In this document: positions 36,821 to 64,000 of the stretch, piece by piece
Numbering within the stretch: the stretch's first letter is position 1
Layout of the letters: each line of letters opens with the position of its first letter
Assembly: GCA_963693365.1 (NCBI GenBank)
Contig: CAVNZM010000002.1
Span: 12,766,328-12,830,327 of the forward strand
Source of the DNA: Amoebidium appalachense
Lineage: Eukaryota > Protista > Ichthyosporea
DNA: 64,000 bases
Reading direction: 5' to 3'
Notes under the pieces: generated by a model
Databases searched by the model: none
Told to the model about the DNA's origin: nothing
What the model saw: only the letters and a program-made list of their open reading frames with translations
Made by a program: the position numbers and the translations under genes

Positions 36821-37195
36821 CACACACACACAACTGTGTAAAAACTACACAAAAATCTTTCATGCGCGGGCTCGCGTTCACAGGCACGCTTATGCACTGC
36901 CGCCCAGTTGTTCAAGTGCACATAATACGCAAACACGCTCATTCACGACACATGAACGCAATCGTGGGACACTGGGTTTTTGCTCCCCCCTCCCCCCCTC
37001 CCCCCCCTCCCCTCCTCCTCTCCTCCCCCCTCCCCCACCCCCCGGGAAGGTGGGTGAGGTAAGCTCCCGTCTTCCTCATCTGACGGCCCTTACACCTTCT
37101 TCGAACCTGCCCTTACTGTTTGCGCGTGGCTCTTTGAAAAGGGTGTGGTGTCTGACGTCTTCTTTAACACAGCTGCATGAAGGCTGCCTTGAAGA
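35339..37195. promoter_or_regulatory. Divergent (head-to-head) intergenic region between the membrane-protein gene and the CHD-like gene, probably including a CHD 5' UTR intron
   Basis: The ATGs face outward. There is a microsatellite-free stretch at about 35340-36250 and an acceptor-like CAG at 37170-37172 just before the ATG. No specific promoter site is established. Confidence 0.45.
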
Positions 37196-63596
<26,401 letters not shown>

Positions 63597-63821
63597 GTAT
63601 GTGTTTATGTTTTTTCCCAAAGTATCCACCCACGCCCACGTGCACGCTTTGTACCTCCCCAGGCTAATTTCCGTTACCCCCCCCCCCCCCCCCCCCCCTC
63701 CCGCCTCTCTGCATCCCTCGCTCCCTTGTGCCTCCTCTCCACTCTTTGTCTTCCCCTGCCCGTTCACCCACCCGTGCCTCTGCCAAACACTTGCTCGCTC
63801 ACTCACTCGCTCGATCGCTCG

Positions 63822-63895
<74 letters not shown>

Positions 63896-64000
63896 CACAC
63901 GTGTAAGGACCTAACACGCTCTCTTTACCCCTCTAACGCATACAAGTCCCACTGAAGCCAGTCAGCAACGTCTGTCTCTCACCAGCATTTCCCGTTTACT

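Overview
Intron-rich eukaryotic genomic DNA, probably from a unicellular opisthokont/holozoan (inferred from gene content, not proven). Introns are packed with poly-C/G, (CA)n and (GA)n tracts, so almost all of the supplied ORFs are microsatellite artefacts. Manual splicing gives five genes: the 3' part of COQ3 (+), a GFO/IDH/MocA D-galacturonate-reductase-like oxidoreductase (+), casein kinase II beta (-), an uncharacterised multi-pass membrane protein (-), and a large Mi-2/CHD3-4-5-type gene (+) that runs off the window. Three observations stand out. (1) A dispersed, poly-C-flanked, partially tandem retroelement-like repeat has two subfamilies that share a covarying RNA fold (kink-turn, long stem and pseudoknot); this fold does not match a canonical hammerhead or HDV ribozyme. 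(2) The CHD protein has degenerate ATPase motifs (DEAH to DDGH, motif VI arginine fingers lost) plus an extra PHD finger before CHDCT2, making it a probable pseudo-remodeller. (3) At least nine splice junctions in three genes are flanked by graded, decaying tandem copies of the junction itself.
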